Below are positions 1 through 12,089 of a DNA stretch of 60,992 nucleotides, piece after piece. Made by a program: the position numbers and the translations under genes. Within the stretch, counting starts at the first letter, position 1, and every line of letters begins with the position of its first letter. The notes under the pieces were generated by a model that saw only the letters and a program-made list of their open reading frames with translations, did not search any database and was not told the DNA's origin. Source of the DNA: Octopus sinensis (lineage: Eukaryota); assembly GCF_006345805.1 (NCBI RefSeq), contig NW_021832562.1, forward strand, positions 1 to 60,992, in the 5' to 3' direction.

Positions 1-59
1 TATATATATGTCGTCCATCTTATATTTATGAAAGCATTTCCTTTCTTTACAATAATAGG

Positions 60-482
60 AGTGGGGATGGATCTTGATTTGAATTTAGCTATTAACTATT
101 GCTGTTGTTGTTATTGTGGTAACCATTACTGTTGTTTTTGCTATTGTAGTTGTCGAATCAGCTGTTCTTGTTCCCATTACTGTTGCAAAAGTCGCTATTT
201 TTCTTTTCTGGCGTTTGCACTAATCGCTGCTGCTGTTGTTGCGATCAGTGTTGCAACATAATTTCATTGTTCGTTATATTGTAGTAACTACTGCTGTTGT
301 TGCTATTGTTTTGTGCAGAATTTACCGCTGTTGTTGCTAATGTGAATTCAAATGTTACTACGGTTCATATAGTTTTCGCAACAATTCTTGGTGTATCGTT
401 TGCTGTTGTTATTTCTGTGACAATTGCTGCTATTTCTGTTGCAGCAGCATCGGAAGATGTAGGTGCGATTGTTGTTAATAAG
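60..482. repeat. Cryptic degenerate trinucleotide tract (GTT/GCT/ATT on +)
   Basis: Persistent 3-nt periodicity (gctgttgttg, gctgctgctgttgtt). The minus-strand Thr/Ala-rich reading is broken by stops and frame changes. Confidence 0.6.
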
Positions 483-504
483 CAGATTCATATATAATAA
501 TCTT

Positions 505-772
505 AAGTCCTCACGAACCCAAAGACCGGTTCTTAACCCGTTTTCTGTGGCGTATATGTAACCAAGATCACAGCTCCCCATTCTGAACGCAACGCGGGTC
601 GGTGAGAGTTAATACCCCAGCTCTTTCTGGGACCTATTATTAGAAGGGTGGGTTGGAGCAACGTGAAATGAAGAGCTGGGCTAACGAAAGAATTTTTGTT
701 CTTAAATACGTGTAACCTAGTCCAGGAATCGAAACCCCACCCTTACGATCATGGGTGCAACAACCTAACCAA
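505..772 (-). mobile_element. tRNA-headed SINE, family D (CORE-like body), degenerate
   Basis: Reverse complement of 720-772 reads tggttaggttgttgcacccatgatcgtaagggtggggtttcgattcctgg (A/B-box-like head). ggagcaacgtgaaatgaag is shared with the copy at 43255-43445. Confidence 0.55.
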
Positions 773-900
773 TACATTACTTTCTCATGCAATTATTTAT
801 CTTATCCAAAATAACTATATTCATTCTATGCATATATTCGTTCTCTCTGAGATGACCTGTGAGTAGATTTGGATAGATGGATACCGAAAGAACCCCCTCT

Positions 901-937
901 CCTATATATATATATATAATGTATATATATATATATA

Positions 938-998
<61 letters not shown>

Positions 999-1020
999 TA
1001 CATATATATATATATGCATA
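901..1020. repeat. (TA)n microsatellite
   Basis: Direct reading. Confidence 0.95.
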
Positions 1021-1035
1021 GGTATATATTTATGC

Positions 1036-1244
1036 GTGTATGTGTTTGTGTTTGCTCCCACCCGCCATCGCTTGACAACCAATGCTGATGTATTTATGTA
1101 CCCGTAACTTGGCGGTTCTGCAAGCGATACCAGTAGAATAAGTACTAGGCTTACAAGGAATAAGTCCTGGGGTCGATTCGTTCGACTAAAGGCGGTGTTC
1201 CAACATGGCCGCAGTCAAATAACTGAAACAAGTAAAAGAATAAA
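1036..1244 (+). mobile_element. SINE family A, 3' half
   Basis: Matches 28150-28350 (gcttgacaacc...cgactaaaggcggtg...catggccgcagtcaaat...ctgaaacaagtaaaaga). Confidence 0.85.
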
Positions 1245-1249
1245 ATAAT

Positions 1250-1513
1250 TTAAAAAAATATATATATACGTGTATATATATATATGTGTATGTATGTGGT
1301 ATACATATATATATATATGGATAGGTATATATACACATATACATGTATATATATACATATATACACATATATATATGTATGTATATATATATGTAGTATG
1401 TATGTATGTTATATATATTATATATATATGTTATGATATATTATATATATATATATATATATAAATATATTATATGTGTATATATATAAATAAAATATAT
1501 ATATATATATATA

Positions 1514-1556
<43 letters not shown>

Positions 1557-1605
1557 ATCTATATATATAATAATATATATATATATATATATATATTTTA
1601 TATAT
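1250..1605. repeat. Compound (TA)n/(TATG)n microsatellite
   Basis: Direct reading. Confidence 0.9.
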
Positions 1606-2206
1606 AAAATATTTTTTTCCTGGAAGAAATATGCTTCAACTTGAATAAAATGTATCCAGTAGAAATGACCGAAAATTCTAAACAGCCGATTTAAAATCTT
1701 GTCCTTCTAACTGATCCGAACGTCATTAAGTAAAATTGTTGTTCAAGAGGTATGTTTGTGGCTTTAGGAGATTGGCATAAATTAAGTTCTAGATTACATA
1801 GCGATGGAAAAGACTTCAAAGAATCGTAGTAAAAGAGTTTGAATTTCCTCATAATGTGAAAGTAGATTTGTAACAATAAAGCGAATTGCTAGTATCGTAA
1901 TTTGAAATTTGTTCGATAAGCGTAAAACGACCGGAGGTTTATTTTATTGTTACAGGTTTGTATCACGGTGGTATGCTACAAGAAAAACGATGTTTGTTTA
2001 GGTAAGTGCACAAATGTAAAAAAAAAAGGTAATGCAGTATGTTTCAATTAATCGTTCCTATTGATGCCAAGAATTTGGTGTATCTGATTACGATAATACG
2101 AAGACAAACTAGAAAATGCTTAAAGGATTCTACAAGTGGATCAATTCAAAATGCCTAAATACCTACATACATACATACATACATACATACATACATACAT
2201 ACGTAC

Positions 2207-2258
<52 letters not shown>

Positions 2259-2410
2259 ATGTATGTATGTATGTATGTAAGTATGTATGTGTATTACTGA
2301 CAAAGCAGTAATGAGATGCATAAACACCACTTGCAATAAATAAATACAGTTTTATATATGCAAGTGTTCCTCCTTATATTCAATTCCAAAGACACAGTAG
2401 TGTGTGTATA
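1606..2410 (+). repeat. Tandem duplication, copy 1 (paired with 2460-3260)
   Basis: Near-identical to 2460-3260 over ~800 bp, offset 847 bp in the central part. Differences are mostly 1-bp indels. Confidence 0.92.
1956..2001 (+). other. Candidate 46-nt exon (copy 1)
   Basis: tttattttattgttacag acceptor and TAG|gtaagt consensus donor. No recognisable product. Confidence 0.3.
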
Positions 2411-2459
2411 TATATATATAATAATATATATAATATATATATATATGTATATATCTCTA

Positions 2460-3056
2460 TAAAATATTTTTTTCCTTGGAAGAAAAGCTTCAACTTGATA
2501 AAATGTATCCAGTAGAAATGACCGAAAATTCTAAACAGCGATTAAAATCTTGTCCTTCTACTGATCCGAACGTCATAAGTAAAATTGTTGTTCAAGAGGT
2601 ATTTTGTGGTTTAGGAGATTGGCATACAAATAAGTTCTAGAGTACATAGCGATGGAAAAGACTTCAAAGAATCGTACTAAAAGAGTTTGAATTTCCTCTA
2701 ATGTGAAAGTAGATTTGTAACAATAAAGCGAATTGCTAGTATCGTAATTTGAAATTGTTTCGATAAGCGTAAAACGACCGGAGGTTTATTTTATTGTTAC
2801 AGGTTTGTATCACGGTGGTATGCTACAAGAAAAACGATGTTTGTTTAGGTAAGTGCACAAATGTAAAAAAAAAAGTAATGCAGTATGTTTCAATTAATCG
2901 TTCCTATTGATGCCAAGAATTTGGTGCATCTGATTACGATAATACGAAGACAAACTAGAAAATGCTTAAAGGATTCTACAAGTGGATCAATTCAAAATGC
3001 CTAAATACATACATACATACATACATACATACATACATACATACATACATACGTAC

Positions 3057-3106
<50 letters not shown>

Positions 3107-3249
3107 ATGTATGTATGTATGTATGTAAGTATGTATGTGTATTACTGACAAAGCAGTAATGAGATGCATAAACACACACTTGCAAATAAATAAATACAGT
3201 TTTATATATGCAAGTGTTCCTCCTTATATTCAATTCCAAAGACACAGTA

Positions 3250-3260
<11 letters not shown>
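2460..3260 (+). repeat. Tandem duplication, copy 2
   Basis: See copy 1. Confidence 0.92.
2803..2848 (+). other. Candidate 46-nt exon (copy 2)
   Basis: Identical sequence and splice signals to 1956-2001. Confidence 0.3.
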
Positions 3261-3292
<32 letters not shown>

Positions 3293-3326
3293 GTAGGTAG
3301 GTAGGTCTATATTATATGTATGTATG

Positions 3327-3404
<78 letters not shown>

Positions 3405-3415
3405 TGGGTGACTGA

Positions 3416-3459
<44 letters not shown>

Positions 3460-3460
3460 A

Positions 3461-3515
<55 letters not shown>
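3250..3515. repeat. Compound (TA)n-(GTAG)n-(GATA)n-(TG)n-(TATG)n microsatellite
   Basis: Direct reading. Confidence 0.95.
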
Positions 3516-3517
<2 letters not shown>

Positions 3518-5554
3518 TTGACAAAGCAGTAATGAGATTGAGAGAAGAAGATTTGTCTGATAAAAGAGAATGGAGTAAGGAAACCGCATGTGAGGTAAAT
3601 AAATTTTAAAACGTTGGTGTATTGAAAGATCAGGAACCGAATTATTTCGTTTTTTGTGTTGCGAATATTCGGAGTTAAGTGCACCTTCTGTATTTCAATT
3701 AACTCAGAGAGAGGTAACTGTTTGAAGTTAATCAGGGAGAAAAAGAGATATAGAGTGGTTAAGATGTTGGTTTACTATAGTCTGCCTTACATATCCGGGT
3801 ATTTAAAGCTTCGTTCAACCAAGGATTATACGCATATAATACCATCGATTTCAGAGCAGCATTTAGATTTCCTGCATACGAGAAGCAGAATATTACACTG
3901 TTTCTGATCCAAAACACTGAATTTTGGACTCACGATTAGGAGAAATTTACATAAATATCTGATTCTTGGATTCGAGCTAATTATTTAGTGAAATTTACAG
4001 CGTTGTATTATAGACGCTCAGAGATATCACATTAATCGACTCTAATATAAAATTGTAGAAAACTGCAATATCGTTTCCTTTGTGATAGAACTGAAGAACT
4101 ATATTACTGCTCGGATATTATTCCATGGAAATAAAGAAGAATCATCCTTATGTGTATGTATAATCTTATTCAGAGTATTATTACATGTGCCATCTATGTC
4201 AGAATTGGTAGGGTAAATCAATCTTATACAGGATTTGGCTATTTAAATTGTGTTTATGATCTTGAAAGGTGAAATAAGGCTCCCTTGACACATTCAGTAT
4301 ATGTGTAAAATATTTAATGATATCTTTATTATAAGAGGACTGAATGCAAGAAACAATATCGCTTTCTGTAATATAAGAACTTCCTAACCATCACGTTTGT
4401 GGCAAAAGGGTAAAACAATCGCGAATGTTAATTCCTTCGTGTTCTAGAGAAATAATAACGAATGATTGGAAATTGAATTCGGAACATTTGTCTAAAGGAA
4501 ACCAACGACGAATGATGGACGTACGCATTACAAATCTCGTTATTCGAATTACATGAAATACGAAATCGTAAACTGTCAGATTTAAACAATAATTTATCAT
4601 TCTCAATGTTTCTATTCTAAAATGAAATTACTCTGAAAGTCATCTCAATAAAGCAGGATCTGCGCTTAAACAAGTCCCAAAATTAAATGTATCAACTCAG
4701 TAGAACTTCTGTAATTGTAACCACTCATTGTCCTTGAGAGAATCCAGCGATATATAAAGCGTTTAATATTCAAAATATCTTTGGTGACTGTATTCTATTT
4801 CAATACATTTAAATATAAATAAAAATACTTCCGGTCACAGTAAGGAGCGTGACCGTGGCTCTGGAGGTAGTTTCGAAGACAGTGGAGAATCGTTCGAAAC
4901 TGCCGGTTGGATTTGATAAAGAAGAAGGTAATATTTTTGCATTTTAGCGCAAAGGGAAGTAACTCTGAGTGAGTCATTTGATAACGTTGGTGTTTCACTG
5001 CTACCATGACGGCAAATCACTTCTTCTTTACTTATAACTTTGAAAGATGAGTCAAGAGAGAGGAACTCCAACTGTGTAAATGCACAGGTCTCCAAGTGGC
5101 TAAAAAGTACCAGCTGAAGGGCACCTAGTTTTTATGACCACAACTCCCTTAGAGTGTAATAAGTTAAGGGCCGAAACACTTCGCTGAGAAGGTCTTCTCT
5201 GAAGACCTGTTGCTCAAATCTCTTGAGAGTTTCTTACCACTACATTACCTCCATGATACCACAACCTTCGCAAGCAGAAATATATATATTGAAAAGTTCT
5301 TAGAGTATATTAGAGAAGACCAGCTCATCAGCATGAGGCCGAAGAGGAATAAGACTTTATATCAGACATTTTTCAGTATTCTAATCGACTTTACGAACTT
5401 TAAAAATTAAAAGTACAATTTTCTGAAAACTAAGTCAACTGGGGCATACATAAACGTGTAAAACACGGTTGAAAATGTAATATCCACCGTATCAAACATT
5501 TTTCAAACGTTGAGAAGGAAGGAAGGAAGCCCACTCATAACGTCTGTGTCTGCG

Positions 5555-5589
<35 letters not shown>

Positions 5590-6936
5590 CCATTAAGCAT
5601 CTAAGCAGTATTCAAAGAAATTACATGGGAATCTCTAAGATGGATTTTAGTAGTCGTTACTACCAGTAACTTCATTTTTACAGGTTAAGGAATAAGCAAA
5701 TCTCCACTTACATACGCCAATTTATTCGGGAAGCAATTATCTGAACACTCTGTAATAACATGGAACATCGTTAATAATGCAACTGTATACTTGAACATAT
5801 CATGCTTTGTGTAACGGTGATGTTGCTAATACTAAAGAAAATTGCGATTATCTTTAACTGAAAGTCAGATATATTGTCAAACTGTCCTCATCGCTGGAGA
5901 TTTTTACAAGATAACTTACAAACGCTTTAGCGTTAAAGTCTCAGTGAGACAAATTCATATCCATTACATTTAATGAGCTTGTCTGATTAGTTGCCTTTGC
6001 TGATCACGGGATTGAACTTGGAGTCCAGTTACCTTCAACATAATCAGCCAGGAGCACTGCAGTCAATAAGCTGAAGCCGAAACCCTAAGGGCATTAAATC
6101 GTGGGAAAATGCCAGGAATGTGGTATTTTGAATACTACAAAGAATATCAATAGTACTAATTTGAAAATAAGATACGTCAACCCTTTCTTTGTTCCAGTCT
6201 TTCTACGTTGGTTGGCTATGAGAAATAGATTTGAACAGCTGGTTATTAGTATTGACAGAAGGCTATTATAGACTTAATGCATTTCGACCTTCTGTAACAA
6301 TGTTACAGATTTGAAAGGCTGCAGAAATTCATACATCATCACTAGGGATCCATTGTGCTCGAAGTTATATCTAGAGTGACGGTTCATTATGCTCAGCCTA
6401 CGCGTTTCAAGAAATACTCTTGGGATCATCGCATCGGATGACTCCTCCATTAAAACAGTTGCTTTACAGGAAATTAGCGATTATGCATTCCATGATTTTC
6501 GGCACAAAAACCAAAAACCGTATTAACAGAATTCATAGATTAACTCGTAAACCACTCAACAACACTGACAAAATATAGATATAAGCAATATTTAATGAGA
6601 TTTTGCACCTCCTTATGTGCATTTACATTCCCTTGAGTTGCCTCTCACTATGGAAAGATGCCTTTTTGTATCCCACAACTCCGAAGCCTAGCAAAGGTGC
6701 CAGAATCTGCAACTGGAGTCAACTCAACCACCAAAATTACAGTCTCCGTTTAGAATACCTAAACACAAATACCCAATCGCCTTTAAAACCTTTAAACTGA
6801 AATTCACTTTAAATATTGCTCCACTAAATTTCAGTAGGAGTTGAAATGCAATTTATATAAAATAAGCGAATGTGTGTATGTATATATCTATATATACACA
6901 CACACATGCATATATATACTTCTGTGCACGCACACA

Positions 6937-6999
<63 letters not shown>

Positions 7000-7149
7000 A
7001 CACACACAAACAAACACACACACATACACATATATCTATTCAATATACATTTATGTATGTTCTCTTCTGCTTTTGTCTTTAATTAATTAAATTCTTCCAT
7101 TGAGGAAGGAGCTCATTTCTAACAAAGATACAAAGCTCCATTGTGACAA

Positions 7150-7735
7150 TGTAGATAAAAACATTTTAAACTTGATAAAAATCTTGCATATTTTTACTGT
7201 TCCACTTACAGATTGTATTTGTAATGTGCGAGTTGGTTGATTCCTTTTTCTGAAAATCTTAATTTATTGAGATTGTTACTTAGGCATTTACTCACAAAAC
7301 CAAGTGCCCCAATTAATATAAATGACAGTTTCTTATCTGGATATAACGTAGATGGCGGGTTCGAAGTAGTTGTCCATAATTATTCTCTTCCTTTTTGATT
7401 TCCAAAGAGATATTCACATCAGCAGTGCTGCTGACTTCTGTGACGGTATATACATTTTCTTGTCTATCCCAAGCAACAATATTCGGTCTGTTATAATTTC
7501 ACTTGACAGAGGTTTTGATAGGAATGTTCCAGCAATATTTTTGTGTTGACGCTTGTGTATGAATTCATTAATGTCATGTCTTCCACAGAAATATGACATA
7601 ATCTACATTTTCGGTTGCATCTTGGCGCTCCAAGGGATTCGCTGCTTATTTTGTCTGTTAGGTATTTAGAAGCAATTTCCTATTCTTGGATAACAAATGG
7701 ATAGCCTCCGGAGTGTGATGTGATATAAGTCCGTA
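7150..7735 (-). mobile_element. R4/Dong-like non-LTR retrotransposon, C-terminal relic (partial zinc knuckle + REL endonuclease)
   Basis: Minus-strand translation across frameshifts: CNRKCRLCHISVED...KYCWNIPIKTSVK*NYNRPNIVAWDRQENVYTVTEVSSTADVNISLEIKKEENNYGQLLR...IGALGFV. Paralogous to 8130-8700. Confidence 0.8.
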
Positions 7736-7769
7736 CATACATAGATACATGTATGAATGTATGTCATTA

Positions 7770-9585
7770 TTCAGTTTATTTCAAGATTTCTTGCCAAAAG
7801 AGAAAGAACCGGTTTCTCTCCTAGATCCAAGGTTCCTTCATTGGAATTTCAGCATCAACAACAGGGTATTTTGTATGTATGTATGTATGTATGTATGTAT
7901 GTATGTATGTATGTATGTATGTATGTATGTATGCATGCATGCATGTATGTATGTATGTATGTATGTATGTATGTATGTATGTATGTATGTATGTATGTAT
8001 GTGCAGATTTGTATGTATTCTCATGCATATAGTTACATATCTAGATATGATTATATATGTTTAAATGATAAACTTCTGCAAAGTTTTACAGATTTTTAGT
8101 TCCAGTGATGCATTGGATCTGTAGTCTTCGAATTAGCTTTCTCCTTTCTGGTTTTGAGAAGCCTAATTTCTCAAGATTGGTATTTAGGCAGTGTGTTACA
8201 TATCCCAGGGCCCCAATAATTACAGATATAAACCCGAACTGGTAATCTGGATAGAGTAACTACAATTTCTCAATAGTGCAGTGTAGGTGTTCTCTTTTTC
8301 ACTGATCTTCAGCTTTATGTTAACATCCGCTGGGCAGCTACTTTCCACAACTGTACACAATTTCTCTTCTCTATCCCAAATCATTATATTAGGTCTGTTG
8401 TGTTTACATTTTATTGAGGTCTTCACTGGTACATACCACCAGTTTTCCTTTTTATTATGAGTGGCTATGGCTTCTATCATATTGTGGGTTTTTATTTCTT
8501 TGTCCTCGTGATTATCCTTCCAACGGATTTCATTATAGAGTATCCTAGCTACAACATCATGTCTCATCAGTAGATAAAACCGTGATGACATTTTCGGACA
8601 ACTGCTTATGATATGGGTGATATCTTCGGTGTTAACTCCACAAAGTATGCATCGATTGTCACATTTTACTGTTTTTCCAACATCTCTATCCCTTTTGTGC
8701 ATTAGGCACTTGGTTGATATTTCCTGTTCTTGGATTGCAAACGCATACTCTTCAAAGTGGGAGGTAGTAATCCGGTTATTCGTCCATGATAAACTGCTTT
8801 GACGATCGATGTTACTATTATCTCAGAGCTTTCAACTGACATATCCATGCATAGTCTTCTGTTCATATAGGCTCATTATTTCATCTGATGATATGTTGCA
8901 GTTGAGTCATGCGACTTCTTTAGGCATGTATTCTAGATTATCAGACAAAAAGTGTTGCTCAAGGAGCTGCCTTCCAAGTCTTATGAAGTTATCAGCTTCA
9001 TGTATGCAAACTTGGTCAAGGGATGCACTTCGACGCCTGGTGGTGAAAAGTGTTGACAAAGGGATATGATGTGACCTTCAAAGGCATTATGGTTCGATGT
9101 TAAGCATCTGCTGCCTTGTTTTTGTTTTAGGGTGAGGCGCTCTATGTTATTTTTATGTAGAAATTATATGAGCTTGTTAGTATTTTTCGGGTTTTGACAT
9201 CAATGACTCGGATCTCATCAAGCGTCCAATCAAGCAGCGCAAATGTTGGTATGAGTGCTGGTACTACAAAAACATCGTGGGCCACTGTTTTATTGAATGC
9301 AGAGAGTTCTGAGGTCCAAATGTTTTGCATTGGCCTTTAATATTCTTTAGTGACACGTGTTTTGTTACAGGTGCCATTGTAAGATATATTTTCATCCACC
9401 CCTAGATACCTGTAACATTCTTCTTCAGAAACAAAGGAAACAGTCAAATCATTGATGGAGATGTTATTAGTCTGGTTTATAGTCTCCCTCACCCTTTTCA
9501 CAACGATATAACAATATTTATCCTGACCAAACTCCAACCCTACATTCTTTGAGAATGTTGTAACTAGGTCCAGGTTGTATGTATG
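7770..9585 (-). mobile_element. R4/Dong-like non-LTR retrotransposon, 5'-truncated (late RT, zinc knuckle, REL, 3'UTR with (CATA)n)
   Basis: ORFs 9337-9648 (TFSKNVGLEFGQDK...YRYLG), 9142-9330 (DWTLDEIRVIDVKTRKILT) and 8220-8702 (CILCGVNTEDITHIISSC...RHDVVA...HNRPNIMIWD...ESSCPAD) are collinear with the R4/Dong ORF. Disrupted. Confidence 0.9.
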
Positions 9586-10950
9586 TATGTATTTATGTAT
9601 ACACGAGCCCATACATATAAACATGCACGAATGCATACAAACACACATGTATTATTTATCTATATACGAATTTAGGCATGTATGTATGAATGTGTGCGTG
9701 TGTGTGTATGTGTGCGTATGTGTGTGTATGCATGTATGGGAAGTCTTTCATATTATATTTCATCACAATTCTACGTCGAAAGATATGTATTTACATTCCA
9801 CAAAATGATATTGCTTCAACAAAACCATCTCTAATTGCATTAAAAAATTTCGACAAGAGGGTAAGTTTATTGAATCAAAAATTTTTAGTTTGTATTTAGT
9901 TTTCTAAATTAGAAACTAATTGCCAAACCAAAGAAAATAATTAAAATCTATCTTTTGTAAAAAATTCTCTTAAATGGAAATGATTATAAGCGATTTTTTT
10001 CGTTAGGCTGCTTTACAAATTAGAAATAAATACAATTTATCATTCTTCTAATTGCGATTATCTTTTAATGTAGTCTTTCATTGTTCAAATAAGATTAAAA
10101 AGCAGTAATTCTAGTTAATATTTCTTGTTACATTTCTCAACTAATTGCATCGTATTTTACGTCCCCCACCCGGCTCCTCCACCTGTCACAAGCAACAATA
10201 GCTCGGGAGATTTCCGTTTGTGTCATTAGTCTCTCCTGGAAAATATATCCCAAATGACCGTCTTAAACTTTCAGACAATAATTATCTTTCACGTGAGACT
10301 TCGGTAACTTACGAATGCTATACACTGTAAAGTATGGAAATTAGGCACACGGTGACTATTATCATGCCCACACACACACACACACTTATCACATATAAGC
10401 ATGCATATGACATTAATAAAACGAACTCGTATATATTACATAGAGAAAAAGAGAGAGATACCAGAAGTGAAAGAGGGAGAGACAATGGCGGTGAATGTGC
10501 ATTGAAGAAGTCGGTTTAGATATAAAGTTCATTTAAAAGACTTCGTTACTGAACTATTTTCCAATTATATTTAAAATATACATTCTAATTAATATTATCT
10601 ATTAAGTTTGAATGTTCTTTTGTCCTACAATAATTCTCCAGATATTTCTTTCAGTGACGACCCTTGGCGTAAGTTCACACAAACGAAAGCTACATAATAT
10701 ACAAGCCGCATCTGTAACCTCTATGCTGTAGAAATAACAAAGTAATCGCCATGAAATGACATCTACGACTAAAAAGAAGAAATGGCGTATTGGACAATAC
10801 AGTACTGGACACTCTCTTTGCAAGAAGCAAATGGCGGCCGAGTCACGATTTGATCGTCACTGATCGATTCAAGTTGACGTAAGGATAAATAATGACAAAT
10901 GGTTTAGGCACAAGGACAGCAGATTTGTGGGTAGAGGTAAGTTGATGCCT

Positions 10951-11170
10951 ATTTCTTTACTACCCACAAGGGGCTAAACACAGAAGGGACAAACGAGGAC
11001 AGGCAAACGGATTAAGTCGATTACATCGACCCCAGTGCGTAACTGGTACTTAATTTATCGACCACGAAATGATGAAAGGCAAAGTCGACCTCGGCAGAAT
11101 TTGAACTCAGAACGTAACGGCAAACGAAATACGGCTACGCATTTCGCCCGGCGTGCTAACGATTCTGCCA
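10951..11170 (-). mobile_element. SINE family C (extended tRNA-like head, Meta/MESC-like body), probable decayed TSD
   Basis: High similarity to 29848-30079. Flanked by taagttgatgcc / taagatgatacc (10/12 match). Confidence 0.85.
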
Positions 11171-11185
11171 CCTTAAGATGATACC

Positions 11186-11340
11186 ATCGACCTGACCACT
11201 TGGTACTTTATTTTATCGATCTCGTATGAACGAAAGATATCGACCTCTGTAGAATTTCAATTCAGAACGTAAAAAAGTTGGAAAAATATTGCAAAGCATT
11301 CTGTCGACGCTTTAAAGACGGTGCCAGCTCAAGGCCTCGA
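11186..11340 (-). mobile_element. SINE family C, degenerate partial copy
   Basis: actggtacttt...ttatcga...tcgacctc...agaatttcaattcagaacgtaa aligns to the adjacent copy. Confidence 0.6.
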
Positions 11341-12089
11341 CTGTCTGTCAGACACATAACTACATAGGATATCGAAAGATTGATTGATTGATTCCTTCCG
11401 GAGATCAGTTTACACTCCTATTAAAAGATCACTTTACATTCCTATTTCTTACGTAATCTATTTTATTCTGCACCGATCAGCAGCTATCTTGGTTATGGAA
11501 CGAAATCGAAAAGTAAATGGATTATACACACAGTATTTGATTTTATGTTTTTTTATATATATTGCTGGTAAGATATATATATATACATATAAACACGCAC
11601 ATATATACATATATGTGCGTGTATGTGGGTATCATTTTTAATGTACAATACACACACGCACACCCACACCTACACACACGCATGCGCGGGCATATTATAA
11701 CTAATTTCTGCTACAGCCGTTTCGATAACTTTTATATAACAATATTGCGACAACTAAAGTTATGTAATTAGAATCAGTGATAATTATAAAAGGAAAAGAA
11801 CTCGTAAGATTCACTTCATCAGGAAATGCCCTGCACTTTGATCATTGGTTATGTGGGTTCAAATTCAATCATTTGTACTTTTCTCTTCTATCTGCGTATT
11901 AAGAGTCGTTAAATCCTTACCAACAAGGCGTGCGACAGTAGAATAACATTAGAGACATCTTGTTGCTTCGCTCGTGTTCCGACATTTGGAATATTTTAAG
12001 CGCTTGCTATATAAATTGTTATCTCAACACAGATTCGATAATTCTAATGATGTAAAGACAATCAAAAGTAAAGAGAACTGAAACAGAGA

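Noticed and set aside
2470-2640. ~55-codon open frame in duplicate copy 2 (LEEKLQ...GLGDWH), faintly like a death-domain LGxDW motif
   Set aside because: Both copies hit a stop shortly after, extension needs an unsupported frameshift, and there is no credible acceptor.
5110-5210. ctgaaggg...ggccgaaac hammerhead-like motif and ggtcttc/gaagacc hairpin
   Set aside because: The core is CTGAAGG rather than CTGANGA, stem II does not pair, and there is no NUH site in register.
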